The position numbers and the translations under genes were made by a program. The notes beneath the pieces are model-generated. The model saw nothing but the letters and a program-made list of their open reading frames with translations, ran no database searches and was not told the DNA's origin. From Polyangiaceae bacterium (GTDB lineage: Bacteria; Myxococcota_A; Polyangia; Polyangiales; Polyangiaceae), in the NCBI GenBank assembly GCA_044222475.1, contig JBGANF010000019.1:1-64000 (forward strand): 64,000 nt of DNA, written 5' to 3'. Numbering within the stretch: position 1 is the stretch's first letter; each line of letters begins with the position of its first letter. Shown here in pieces: positions 48,692 through 58,496 of this stretch.

Positions 48692-51673
48692 ATGAAGGCA
48701 GGCGGCAAAAGCGAAGCTCGCGGTGGCGGGGCAGGGGCGGGCGAGGCTGACGCGGGGCAGAGCTTCGGAGGTGCTCGCGCAGACTTCGTGGCGTCGCTCG
48801 GACGCAAGGTCGCCGAGCTCCGGCGTGCACTGGCCGCGGTCGAGAGCTCGCCCGCCGAGGCGCCGCTCCGCGAGGAGCTCAAGCGCAAGCTCGGCGCGCT
48901 CGCGACCAACGCGCGGCACATGCGCTTCGACGCCATGGCGCAGCTCCTCGGCGAAGCGACGACCCTCGTCGATGCACCGGTCAAGGCCGGCGCGCCCGAG
49001 GCGCGACAGCTGTCGAAGATCGCGCGAGCCCTCGACGATCTCCCCGCGATGGCGTGGAGCGAAGGAAAGCCCGAGGCGCTCGCGCCGACCCCGCGCGAGA
49101 CCGTGGACGCGACGCCCCCGCCGGCGGACGTCTCCAGCGAAGTCCCCGCGCAATCCCCCATGACGGTCTTGGTCGTCGGTCCGGAGCACGTCGCCGAGAC
49201 GTTGCTCGAAGCCGCCGACCTGTCGCGCGGTCGCCTCGTCGAGTGCGAGCGCACCGAAGACGCCCAAGCGGCGATCGGGCTCGCGCGCGCTCTCGCGCCG
49301 GACGTCGTGCTGCTCGACGCCGACGTGAAGCACGCCGAGGATCTCGTCGAAGCGCTCGCGGACGATCCGCTCACCGAGCCAGTGCCGCTCGTCGTCCTCG
49401 GCAAGCTCTCCGCCGAGCAAGCCGCGCGCTACATTGCGCTGGGCGTCGCTCGCACCCTCCACGCGCCGTACTCCGGCGAGGCGCTCCGCAGCATCGTCGA
49501 AGAGGTCGTCGATCAACGCGAAGGCCGCACCGTACGCGTCGCCTTGGGCGAGCCCACCGTCGAGCAGCTCGGGGAGCGACTCGCCGACGAGCTCCGCCGC
49601 GCGCTCGTCGACTCGGTCGACCCGAAGACCCGCGGCGCGCGCGTCGCTCTCGGCGAAGGCACCGAGGTCATGGCCGCGCTCTGGGGCGCGATCTCGCGCG
49701 TGCGCGAGGTCGTCACCGCGCGTACCGGCGGCACGGTTCGCTTCCACCTCGGCGGCCCCGAAGGCAGCCACGCGCTCGCGTTCCAGCCCGATCTCGGCGG
49801 CGCCGACCGCACGCGGCGGGCCCGCGGCGCCGCGGCCGACGTGAACCTCGAAGGTCGCCGCGTCATCGTCGCCGACGACGATCCCGGGGTGACTTGGTTC
49901 CTCTCCGATCTGCTCCGCACCACCGGATGCGTGGTCCACGAGGCGCTCGACGGCGCGGTCGCCCTCGATCTCGCGATGCGCATCGGGCCGGATCTCGTCA
50001 TCAGCGACATCCTCATGCCGAAGGTCGACGGCTTCGCGCTCTCGCGCGCGCTCAAGCGCGACGTCGCGCTCCGCGACACTCCGGTGATCCTCCTGTCCTG
50101 GAAGGAAGACCTCCTCCAGCGCGTGCGCGAGCTAGGCGCGAGCGCCGCGGCGTACCTCCGCAAGGAGAGCGACGCGCGCGCGATCCTCGCCCGCGTCCGC
50201 GAAGTGCTGTGGCCTCGCGCCCGAGTCGAAGCGCGACTCAAGGGCACGGGCGAGGTCCGTGGTCGGCTCGACGGCCTCTCGGTCCACACGCTCCTCGAGC
50301 TCGTCGCCGCGCAGCGACCCACGTCGCGGATTTCGCTCCGCGACGCGTCGTGCCTGTACGAGGTCGAGCTGCGCGACGGCGCACCCCGACGCGCGACCCG
50401 CACGTCGGGAGACGGCGAGTTCGCCCGCGGGCCGCACGTCCTAGGCGAGATGCTCGGCATCGGCGCGGGACGCTTCGTCGTCGCTGGCGCCACGCCCGGC
50501 GCGACGGGCCAAGGCGGCGAGCTCGAAGGCACGCTCGAAGAGCAGCTCAAGGAGCACATCGCCCGCGCCCGCGGCGCGATGGCCGCGACGACCGGCGCGC
50601 GTACCGCGACCGTGACGCGCCTCGAGATGGATTCCGACGTCCTCGAGACGTACCTCCGCGCGACGCCGGAGCCCGCGCGCAGCCTCATCGCCCGGATCGC
50701 CAAGGGGCAGTCGCCCCGCGAGCTGCTCCTCGGTGGCCAGGTGGTCCCGAGCCTCCTCGACGACTTGCTCGTGGACCTCGCGTCGCGCGGCGCCGTCACC
50801 GAGGTGTGGGGCGAAGACGGCGAAGACGTCCTGTCGCCGGCGGTGACCCGCGCGCGCGAGACCCTCGAAGGAACCAAGCGAGCGAAGACGCCGCTCTCGT
50901 CGCTGCGCCCGAGCATGACGCCCCCGCCGGTGTTGGGCATCGCCTACGACAAGCCGAAGGAAGAGGAGTCGCTGACCGCGTCGCTCCGCGATCTCCTCGG
51001 CGAAGAGGCCTCGGCCGCACCGGCCGCCACGACCACGAGCGACCCGCCGTCGTCGCTGTCGGACGCCGTCATGCGCGAAGCCGAGCCTGCGTCGTCTTCG
51101 TCCGAGCCGCCTCCGATCATCGAGCCGAGCGAGCTCAAGCGCCGCTCGTCGAACCCGCCCGAGCTTTCTTCGTCCAACCTCGAGTCGGTCCCCGAGATGG
51201 AGGCCGCACCACCGCCGGCGCCGCGCGCGAAGGCTTCCCCGCCGCCGAAGCCGGAGGAGCCGCAGCGCACGCCCCTGTCGGTGGCGGTCAAGACGGCGCC
51301 GAAGCCGCCGAAGAGCGGCTCGAGCACCGGCACCTGGGTGATCGGCCTCGCCGCGCTCGCGCTCGTCGGGTGGATGACGTTCCGCCTCGTCGGCGCCGGC
51401 CCTGCGGCGCCCACCGCCGCGAGCGGCGGTGCCGCGCTCAGCCCGATCGTCCAGCCGCTGCCGGCCGGAGCGAAGGTGGCGCACGGCGAAGGATGGCTCG
51501 ACGTGCACGGCCCCGCAGGCGCGAAGATCACGGTCGACGGCGTCGAACGTGGGACGACGACGCTCGGGCTCGCGCTCCGCGCAGGCAAGCACGAGATCGC
51601 GGTCGACGATCGCAAGACCGACGTCGACCTGCCCGACGGGCAGAGCGTGAAGGTCGACGCCGCACAGCCGTGA
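48692..51673 (+). CDS. Multi-domain response regulator: Hpt-like + two REC + DUF4388-like + TM + PEGA-like
   Basis: IVADDD...PDLVISDILMPKVDG REC; GRLDGLSVHTLL DUF4388-like; Pro-rich linker; GAKITVDGVERGTT PEGA-like. Confidence 0.8.
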   Translation: MKAGGKSEARGGGAGAGEADAGQSFGGARADFVASLGRKVAELRRALAAVESSPAEAPLREELKRKLGALATNARHMRFDAMAQLLGEATTLVDAPVKAGAPEARQLSKIARALDDLPAMAWSEGKPEALAPTPRETVDATPPPADVSSEVPAQSPMTVLVVGPEHVAETLLEAADLSRGRLVECERTEDAQAAIGLARALAPDVVLLDADVKHAEDLVEALADDPLTEPVPLVVLGKLSAEQAARYIALGVARTLHAPYSGEALRSIVEEVVDQREGRTVRVALGEPTVEQLGERLADELRRALVDSVDPKTRGARVALGEGTEVMAALWGAISRVREVVTARTGGTVRFHLGGPEGSHALAFQPDLGGADRTRRARGAAADVNLEGRRVIVADDDPGVTWFLSDLLRTTGCVVHEALDGAVALDLAMRIGPDLVISDILMPKVDGFALSRALKRDVALRDTPVILLSWKEDLLQRVRELGASAAAYLRKESDARAILARVREVLWPRARVEARLKGTGEVRGRLDGLSVHTLLELVAAQRPTSRISLRDASCLYEVELRDGAPRRATRTSGDGEFARGPHVLGEMLGIGAGRFVVAGATPGATGQGGELEGTLEEQLKEHIARARGAMAATTGARTATVTRLEMDSDVLETYLRATPEPARSLIARIAKGQSPRELLLGGQVVPSLLDDLLVDLASRGAVTEVWGEDGEDVLSPAVTRARETLEGTKRAKTPLSSLRPSMTPPPVLGIAYDKPKEEESLTASLRDLLGEEASAAPAATTTSDPPSSLSDAVMREAEPASSSSEPPPIIEPSELKRRSSNPPELSSSNLESVPEMEAAPPPAPRAKASPPPKPEEPQRTPLSVAVKTAPKPPKSGSSTGTWVIGLAALALVGWMTFRLVGAGPAAPTAASGGAALSPIVQPLPAGAKVAHGEGWLDVHGPAGAKITVDGVERGTTTLGLALRAGKHEIAVDDRKTDVDLPDGQSVKVDAAQP

Positions 51674-53946
51674 CGCGCGTCGCGTCACGCCCCAGGCTCG
51701 CGCTCGCCTTCGTGCTCGCCGCGCTCGCGGGATGCGGCAAGTGCGGCTCGCACTCGAACGCGACCGACGGCGCGGTCACGACCGCGACGACGACCTCGTC
51801 GGTCCCTCCGCCGAAGTCCGAGGAGGTCCTCCTCGATCCGCTCGCTCACCCCGACACGTGCAGCGTCGGACACGAAGGCATCCTGCTCGATCTCGGCGCA
51901 GCCGACATGCGGCCCCAGCTCGGCTACGGCGACACCGGGGTCGAGACGATCGAGCGCGAGGGAGCGACGTGGGAGAAGATCTCGGCGCGCTCGATCACGC
52001 TGCGGTTCATCGCGCCTCCGGACGGTGCGGCTGCGGTGCCCGGATCGGACGGCGGGCCGAAGGATCTCCGCATCGATGCGCGCTTGCGCGGCCTCGCGGC
52101 GAAGTCGGCGTCGGTGTACCTGAATGGTAAAGCGGTGGGGCCCCTGCCCTTCCCCAAGGCCGAGACCGGCATTCGATCGCTCAAGGGGGACGCGCTCTTC
52201 GCGCCCGGCGTGAACGAGCTCACGCTCCGCTTCAACGGCCTCGCGAAGCAGAGCACCGACGCGGCAGTCGAGATCGACTGGATCCGGATCGGGTTCGGGA
52301 CGGACTCCGCATATGCGGCGCCGACCTTCTCCGAGGCCGTGGCGACGAACACGCTCGGTGGCACGCCGCGACGCGCGCTCGCGCTGCGCGCGCCCGGGTT
52401 CCTGCGCTGCTCGGGCTTCTTCCCCACCGGCGCGACGCTGCGGCTTGCCCTGGGCGTCAGCGGGACCGGCGACGCCGACGTCGAGCTCCGCGCTCGCGAC
52501 GAGCGAGGCGTCGCGCGCACCCTCGGGACCCATCACCTCCGCGGCGCGAGCGACGCGACGTGGAAGGACGTGGAGGTTCCGCTCGGCAGCGGATTCCTCG
52601 GCGCGCTCGAGCTCGCGGCGGTCGGCACCGCGCCAGGGACGAGGGTCCTCTTCGGTGAGCCCAAAGTGGTACGACCGGCCCCACCGCCCGAGTCACACGG
52701 GAGCGCGCGTGGCGTCGTCCTCGTCGTCTTCGGCCAGCTCCCACCGCGGTTGCTGGCGCTCTACGGCGGCTCGAACGCGTTGCCCGAGCTCGACGGCTTG
52801 GCCAAGAACGGCATCGTCTTCGAGAAGCACCGCGCGTCGAGCTCGTGGGCTGGCGCTTCGTTGGCCTCGATGCTCACCGGTCTGCCTCCGCAGCTTCACG
52901 GCGCGACCGATGAAGGGGCGCGGCTCGCGGCGTCGGTGACGACGGTCGCCGACGCGGCGAAGGAGGCGGGAGTCGCGACCGGGTACTTCACCGCCAACCC
53001 GACGACCGCTCCGGCGTTCGGCCTCGACCGAGGGTTCCAGACGAGCGCGGCGTCGCTTCCCGGCACCGCCGGCGGCGCAGCCGCCCCGTTCGACGGCGCG
53101 GCGAAGTGGATCGCGGAGCACAAGCAGGAGCGCTTCCTCGTGGTGGTCCACGCGCGCGGCGGGCACCCGCCGTGGGACGTTCCCCTCGACGATCTGAAGG
53201 GCATCGCGCCCGACGGATACACCGGCGCGATCGAGCCGATTCACGCGGCCGAGATGCTCGCCAAGGCGCGCCATCTCCCTCCCCTGCTGCGGTTCACCGA
53301 CGCCGATCGCACCCGCGCCTGGGCGCTCTACGGCAAGGCGATCGTGGGGCAGGACGCGGCGCTGGGGCGGCTGCTCGCCGCGATCCGCGACGCGGGGCGC
53401 GACGCGGACACGACCGTGATCGTCACCGGCGACGCCGGCATGGACGAGGGCGCGCACGTGCCGTTTGGCGACGACGGGCCCCTGAACGACGGCGCGCTCA
53501 CCATCCCGCTCGTGGTGAGGCCGGCGGGCGGGCAGACGGCCGTCCGGTCGCAGGCTCTGTCGTCGTCGGTGGACGTCGCGAGGACGATGTTGCTCGAGCT
53601 CGGGCTGCAGCCGCCGCTCGCCTTCGGCGGCGACGACCTTCGCGACCTCGTGAGCGGGCGCGAAGGACGCATCATCGAGGCCGATTTCGGGAGCCGCCGG
53701 TGGCTCCGTTGGGAGTCGTTCGTCTTTCGCGTGAGCGACGGCAAGGAGGAGCTCTGCGACCTACGGAGTGATGCGACCTGCGCGGCCGACATGAGCGGCT
53801 CGTTTCCGTTCGTCGTGGAGGCGTTTCGGCGCGAGGTCCTCACCCGGGCGCGCAAGGAGGCCAAGCGCCCTCACCGAGACGTGCGGGAGGCTCCGAACGT
53901 CGACGCAACGCTGCTTCAGGCCCTCGGGACGTGGGGGAGGTTGTGA
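51670..53946 (+). CDS. Sulfatase/alkaline-phosphatase-superfamily lipoprotein (catalytic motif degenerate)
   Basis: LAGC lipobox; LPELDGLAKNGIVF, SLASMLTG, HPPW, VIVTGD; GTGA overlap with the upstream stop. Confidence 0.75.
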   Translation: MTRVASRPRLALAFVLAALAGCGKCGSHSNATDGAVTTATTTSSVPPPKSEEVLLDPLAHPDTCSVGHEGILLDLGAADMRPQLGYGDTGVETIEREGATWEKISARSITLRFIAPPDGAAAVPGSDGGPKDLRIDARLRGLAAKSASVYLNGKAVGPLPFPKAETGIRSLKGDALFAPGVNELTLRFNGLAKQSTDAAVEIDWIRIGFGTDSAYAAPTFSEAVATNTLGGTPRRALALRAPGFLRCSGFFPTGATLRLALGVSGTGDADVELRARDERGVARTLGTHHLRGASDATWKDVEVPLGSGFLGALELAAVGTAPGTRVLFGEPKVVRPAPPPESHGSARGVVLVVFGQLPPRLLALYGGSNALPELDGLAKNGIVFEKHRASSSWAGASLASMLTGLPPQLHGATDEGARLAASVTTVADAAKEAGVATGYFTANPTTAPAFGLDRGFQTSAASLPGTAGGAAAPFDGAAKWIAEHKQERFLVVVHARGGHPPWDVPLDDLKGIAPDGYTGAIEPIHAAEMLAKARHLPPLLRFTDADRTRAWALYGKAIVGQDAALGRLLAAIRDAGRDADTTVIVTGDAGMDEGAHVPFGDDGPLNDGALTIPLVVRPAGGQTAVRSQALSSSVDVARTMLLELGLQPPLAFGGDDLRDLVSGREGRIIEADFGSRRWLRWESFVFRVSDGKEELCDLRSDATCAADMSGSFPFVVEAFRREVLTRARKEAKRPHRDVREAPNVDATLLQALGTWGRL

Positions 53947-53988
53947 ACCGGAGAGCGCGCGTGCTAGAGAAGCGCGGTTTTCGCTTCT

Positions 53989-54075
53989 GGAGAGATGACC
54001 GAGTGGTCGAAGGTGCATGATTGGAAATCATGTGTACCCGCAAGGGTACCGAGGGTTCGAATCCCTCTCTCTCCG
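53989..54075 (+). tRNA. tRNA-Ser (GGA)
   Basis: GGAGAGA/TCTCTCC acceptor stem, CATGA-TTGGAAA-TCATG anticodon arm, long variable arm, GGTTCGAATCC; 3' CCA not encoded. Confidence 0.95.
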
Positions 54076-54079
54076 CAAA

Positions 54080-54242
54080 TCCCCGTGAACGTGAACGTGC
54101 CCGTGCCCGTGCCCGATCGACCACGCTGACCGACTCGCGATCGCTGGACGCGAACGCGTCGCGGACCGGCAGGCGTATCGATCCCGAGCCTGCTAGCGCC
54201 GTTCTTCGGGCACGGGCACGGGCACGTTCACGGGCACGGGGA
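54080..54242. repeat. 37-bp inverted repeat built from GTGCCC/GTGAAC hexamers, 89-nt spacer
   Basis: 54080-54116 versus the reverse complement of 54206-54242: 35/37 match. Confidence 0.9.
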
Positions 54243-54300
54243 AGAAGCGTGTTCGGAGGATGAGCGTCCGCTTTCCGAAGCGCTGCGCGTCCGTGTCGTC

Positions 54301-54329
54301 TTGACAACCCCGCGCCGCTCCTGCAGTTT
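54301..54329 (+). promoter_or_regulatory. Sigma70-type promoter of the second tRNA-Ser
   Basis: TTGACA-17 nt-CAGTTT, 7 nt before the tRNA. Confidence 0.6.
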
Positions 54330-54336
54330 GCGCGGT

Positions 54337-54423
54337 GGAGAGATGACCGAGAGGCCGAAGGTGCCTGATTCGAAATCAGGTGTGCCCGCAAGGGTACCAG
54401 GGGTTCGAATCCCCTTCTCTCCG
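54337..54423 (+). tRNA. tRNA-Ser (CGA)
   Basis: GGAGAGA/TCTCTCC stem, CCTGA-TTCGAAA-TCAGG anticodon arm, long variable arm; 3' CCA not encoded. Confidence 0.95.
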
Positions 54424-54440
54424 CAAGCCTAACTCGCCGC

Positions 54441-55724
54441 TCAGTGCACCGCGAGGATCACGGTCGCCACCGCGGACCACACGAGGGCCATGAGCCCGAC
54501 GCTCGCCAGGCTGATCGCGACGATCGGCCGCCGGTCGATGAGGTTCGACGCCTCCCGCGTGACTCGCTTGGTCAACGTGAACGGGCACTGGATGCGGCAA
54601 CGTCCGTCGAGGATCATCGCCAGCTCCGAGACCATCTCTTCGGCGCTCTGCCAGCGCTCCGCCGGGTTGCGCCGGAGGCCGCGGTTGCAGAAGTGGTAGA
54701 GCTCCGGCGGCGACATCCCCTGCGTCGGGTGGACGTTGTCGAAGTGCGACAACCGCACGTCGGCGGCGATGATCGCCTTGAGCATCCCGTCCATCGTCGT
54801 CTGATCGGCCATGTAGTGGCGGAGGTTCACGAGCTCGTGGAACAGGACGCACGCGCTGTAGAGGTCACTCCGTTCGTCGATCTGATCGACCGCGCCACGC
54901 GCCTGCTCGGGTGACATGTACGCGGGCGTGCCGACGAGCGCGCCGTGGCGGGTCGTGAAAAGGCGCGCGCGCTCGGTCGGCGGTTCGACGTCGGCCGTGT
55001 CGGGCAGCTTCGGCGCGGACTGCGCGCCGGGCTTGATCGACTTGGCCACGCCCCAATCCATGAGCACGACCTCGCCGAACTTGCCGATCATGACGTTGGC
55101 CGGCTTGATGTCGCGGTGGACGAAGCCACGCGAGTGCGCGAACTGCAGCGCGCGGAGCAGACCCATGAAGATCTCGACTCGCGCCGTGAACGTGTACTTC
55201 TTGTGGTACGCGGGATCGCCGGCAGCCAGCTTCTCGATGATCTCCTCGAGGGTCTCGCCCTCGATGTGCTTCATGACGAAGAAGTAGCGCCCCTGGTCAT
55301 CGACCCCGACGTCGTGGATCGGGACGATGTTCGGATGCTCGAGCGAACCGACCGTGTGGATCTCCTCGACGAAGCGCGCGACCAGCGTGCCGTCCTGTGG
55401 CGCGCTCAGGTACTTCACCGCGACCGACCGCCCGATGTCCTGATCCTCGGCCAGGGCAACCTCGCCCATGCCGCCAGCGCCGAGGACCCGCTTCACCTCG
55501 TAGCGGACGCGACCGTCGTGAACGAGCGCCTCACCCGACAGCCGGGGTAGGACCGCGGTCTTGATGGTTCCACCCGCCGTGCGCATCGCCGAGGTCGGCG
55601 CGTAGGTCACCGACGGGCCGAGCGCGGCTTGCGTGTCCTGGACGGTCTTGTCGGGCGCTGCCGTCGGCTCCGCAGCGACCGTCGCCGCGAAGGCGTGCTC
55701 CACTTCGCTCTGCGTCATGACCAT
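54441..55724 (-). CDS. Ser/Thr protein kinase with C-terminal TM
   Basis: LGAGGMGEV, VAVK, HRDIKPAN, DWG, GTPAYMSPEQ. Confidence 0.92.
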   Translation of the reverse strand: MVMTQSEVEHAFAATVAAEPTAAPDKTVQDTQAALGPSVTYAPTSAMRTAGGTIKTAVLPRLSGEALVHDGRVRYEVKRVLGAGGMGEVALAEDQDIGRSVAVKYLSAPQDGTLVARFVEEIHTVGSLEHPNIVPIHDVGVDDQGRYFFVMKHIEGETLEEIIEKLAAGDPAYHKKYTFTARVEIFMGLLRALQFAHSRGFVHRDIKPANVMIGKFGEVVLMDWGVAKSIKPGAQSAPKLPDTADVEPPTERARLFTTRHGALVGTPAYMSPEQARGAVDQIDERSDLYSACVLFHELVNLRHYMADQTTMDGMLKAIIAADVRLSHFDNVHPTQGMSPPELYHFCNRGLRRNPAERWQSAEEMVSELAMILDGRCRIQCPFTLTKRVTREASNLIDRRPIVAISLASVGLMALVWSAVATVILAVH

Positions 55725-55751
55725 CAAGGGTAAGCACTTCCGCTCGGGGCG

Positions 55752-56861
55752 TCACCGCCGAAGCGTGTGAAGCATTGTTTCCATGTCCCGGTCGTCGTTC
55801 CAGAATCCGACGGAGACCCGCACGGCGTCGATGTCGGGGATCGACCGCACCAGCACCTTGGCAGCCTCCAGCCGCGCCGCGACGTCTGCCGCCGGCTCCC
55901 CATCGACGCGAAATGAAACGAGGAGGGACGGGCTCTGGACAGGCACGACGCCGACCTTCGGCACCCGTGCGAGCCCTTCTCGAAACGCCGCTGCCCGCAC
56001 CTTTGCCGCTTCGTACGCACCTTTACCCACTTGGTCCGCGTGCCATCGCACCGCCGCGATGGCGCCGGCGAGCGACGTCATGGAGCACGTCGTGGCGTCG
56101 AGACGCCGGGCGGTGGACCAGTCGCTCGGGCCTCCGGGCCCGCGGGACTTGGACAGGTACCACGGCCAAGGTGTACCAAGTTGGGACAGCGCGGCAGGGC
56201 GGATCCAGAGCGCTCCGGTACCCGACGGACCGCACAGCCATTTCTGCCCGCTCACCGTGTAGAAGTCGGCGCCGAGCTCGGCCGGGCGAACGTCGAAGGC
56301 GCCGGCCGACTGCGCGCCGTCGACGAGGGTGAGCGCTCCGCGGGATCGTGCGTGCTCCGTGATTGCGCGTACGTCGAGCGTCTCGCCGGTCGTCCAGAGG
56401 ACGTGCGAGAAGGCGACCAGCTTCGTCGAGCTTGCGATCGCGTCGCCGAGTCGCTCGGGCGCGACGGCGCGCACTTCGACGCCGCGCACGCGAGCGAGCT
56501 CGTCGAGCGGCGCGGTGAGCCCCGGGTGCTCGTGGGTCGTGGTCAGGATCTCGTCGCCGCGTCCGAGCGGCAGCCCCCAGAGGACCGCGTTCACGCCGTC
56601 GGTCGTGCAGTGCGCGAGCGCGACCTCGTCCGGGCTCGCGGAGAGCGCGCTCGCGAACGCGGCCCGCGCCTCGTCGAGCTGGAGGAGCAAGCGGTCGAAG
56701 CCGACGTTGCCGATGCGACCCTGCTCGAACGAGCGGCCGACGTGGTCGCGCATCGCGTCGGCGGCTGGGCGCGGGAGGGGGCCGAACGATCCGGCGTTGA
56801 GGTAGGTGGCGTTCGTGACGGAGGGGAGCTCGCGGCGCGCGGCTTCGACGTCGAAGGTCAT
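55752..56861 (-). CDS. Aminotransferase class V (cysteine desulfurase/lyase-like)
   Basis: YLNAGSFGP, EHP, DGAQSAG, SGQKWLCGPSGTG. Confidence 0.88.
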   Translation of the reverse strand: MTFDVEAARRELPSVTNATYLNAGSFGPLPRPAADAMRDHVGRSFEQGRIGNVGFDRLLLQLDEARAAFASALSASPDEVALAHCTTDGVNAVLWGLPLGRGDEILTTTHEHPGLTAPLDELARVRGVEVRAVAPERLGDAIASSTKLVAFSHVLWTTGETLDVRAITEHARSRGALTLVDGAQSAGAFDVRPAELGADFYTVSGQKWLCGPSGTGALWIRPAALSQLGTPWPWYLSKSRGPGGPSDWSTARRLDATTCSMTSLAGAIAAVRWHADQVGKGAYEAAKVRAAAFREGLARVPKVGVVPVQSPSLLVSFRVDGEPAADVAARLEAAKVLVRSIPDIDAVRVSVGFWNDDRDMETMLHTLRR

Positions 56862-56893
56862 CGCGGCCCAGCATAGCTGCTAGAGTGGTGGAG

Positions 56894-57865
56894 ATGCGCG
56901 CGCGGCTGTGGCTCTCGGCGATGGCTCTTTCTGCCTGCGCGAGCGCGTGCGGCACGAGCACGCCGGCAGCGCCGACGGACGCTGGCGTCGATGCGGCGGC
57001 GCCGATCGTGGACCCGAAGCGGTTCGACTGCACGTCGCTGGGCGGCGGGTTGCCGGTGCGAAAAGCGGCGTCCACGCCGGAGTGCCTGCGCGATCCCACC
57101 TGCACGACGCGCCTCGTGAGCGGTCATCGCGGTGCGGGCGGCCAGCTCGGTCGCATCGCGCCGGAGGACACGCTCGCCTCGTACCGGGCGGCGGTCGTCA
57201 TCGGGCTCGACATCGTCGAGACGGACCCTCGGCCGACGTCCGACGGAGTCCTGGTCAACATGCACGACACCAGCGTGGACCGCACGACGAACGGCACGGG
57301 CGACGTGGCGTCGATGACGTTCGACCAGATCCGCAAGCTGGCGATCAAAACGGAGCTTCCGGGCGACTACTCGTGCGAGCGCGTGCCGACGCTCCGCGAG
57401 CTCCTCGAGCTGTGCGTCGGTCGCGCGCTGGTCCTCGTCGACGCGAACAAGACGGACCGCGTCGATCTGCTCGTGCAGGCGATCATCGATGCGAAGGCCC
57501 TGGACTGGGCGGTGTTCGACACGTCGACGGTGGCGAAGATCGATCAGGCGCTCGCGATCGAGCCGAAGCTGATGATCATGCCGCGCATCGCCAGCGCCGA
57601 CGAAGCGACCGCGGTGCTCGCGCACTTCGGTTCGCACGTGCCGGTCTTCGTCGAGATCGACTCGGCGGTGTTTCCGGTGGCGGTCGACGTGATCCACGCG
57701 GGAAAGAGCCGCGCGTTCACCGACGTCTTCGGGACCGATCTCTCCGTCAAGTTCGGCGGCGACCCGAAGGGGTACCTCGACGACTACGCGAAGGGCGCCG
57801 ACGTGCTCCAGACCGACCTGCCCGACGAGGTGCTGCGCGTCTTGGGGCGACCCGTGCCGCCGTAG
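56894..57865 (+). CDS. Glycerophosphodiester phosphodiesterase family lipoprotein
   Basis: GHRG, PEDTL, VETD, MHD..VDRTT, VPTL.E, QTD; Cys-containing signal peptide. Confidence 0.88.
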   Translation: MRARLWLSAMALSACASACGTSTPAAPTDAGVDAAAPIVDPKRFDCTSLGGGLPVRKAASTPECLRDPTCTTRLVSGHRGAGGQLGRIAPEDTLASYRAAVVIGLDIVETDPRPTSDGVLVNMHDTSVDRTTNGTGDVASMTFDQIRKLAIKTELPGDYSCERVPTLRELLELCVGRALVLVDANKTDRVDLLVQAIIDAKALDWAVFDTSTVAKIDQALAIEPKLMIMPRIASADEATAVLAHFGSHVPVFVEIDSAVFPVAVDVIHAGKSRAFTDVFGTDLSVKFGGDPKGYLDDYAKGADVLQTDLPDEVLRVLGRPVPP

Positions 57866-57874
57866 CCGACGGGC

Positions 57875-58495
57875 TCAGACCAGGCGCTCGATCGCGAGGG
57901 CGGCGCGCTCCACGGCGACCGGCAGGTCGGTGAGGGTCGCGATGGGCGCTTCGTCGACCGGCACACTGAGGCGACCGGTGGGCGCCCGCGATGCGACCGC
58001 CAGCGTGAGAGCGCTCGGTCGCTGCCAGAAGAACGCCAGCGGTCCGACGGGGCCGGCATCGAAGCGCGCTCCCAGCGTTCCCTCCCACCGCCCCAGGAGC
58101 TCGAGCCGCACGCCGCGCGAGTGCACGCACTCGAGCAGCGCGAAGGCCGCGTCGAGGATCGTCGGAGCGTCGCCGAGCGCACGCGACGACGCCGCGACGA
58201 GCGCTCCCAGCTTCGGCGGGAGGAGCGGCCCCTTCGGCGTCTCGAACCGGTCCTCGACGTCGGCCCCCCGCACGAGAACGCTCGCGTTGCGCATCACGCC
58301 GTGATCCGAGACCACGAAGAGCGGACGATATGCGGGCCCGGCGAGAACACCGCCGAACGTCTCCCATGGCGCGGAGTCACTCACGGGGGCGAACGTCCGA
58401 AGCGTGCAGAATACACCCTCCTCGCTCGCCGCGTATTTGGCGATCGCTGCCGCGAGGCCTCGCGACGCGGCGCCGCGCGGGAGAGCGCGCGTCAT
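57875..58495 (-). CDS. Hypothetical protein
   Basis: ATG begins 1 nt after the stop of the EAL gene; GC-biased codon usage. Confidence 0.5.
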   Translation of the reverse strand: MTRALPRGAASRGLAAAIAKYAASEEGVFCTLRTFAPVSDSAPWETFGGVLAGPAYRPLFVVSDHGVMRNASVLVRGADVEDRFETPKGPLLPPKLGALVAASSRALGDAPTILDAAFALLECVHSRGVRLELLGRWEGTLGARFDAGPVGPLAFFWQRPSALTLAVASRAPTGRLSVPVDEAPIATLTDLPVAVERAALAIERLV

Positions 58496-58496
58496 C

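Noticed and set aside
49054..51669. N-terminal ~870 aa of the 1630-aa ORF 49054-53946
   Set aside because: Arg-rich off-frame overlap of the response regulator; the true start is GTG 51670, followed by a lipoprotein signal.
53989..54423. tRNA-Ser pair as att sites of an integrated element
   Set aside because: Both are complete tRNAs with different anticodons; no integrase or duplicated 3' fragment is present.
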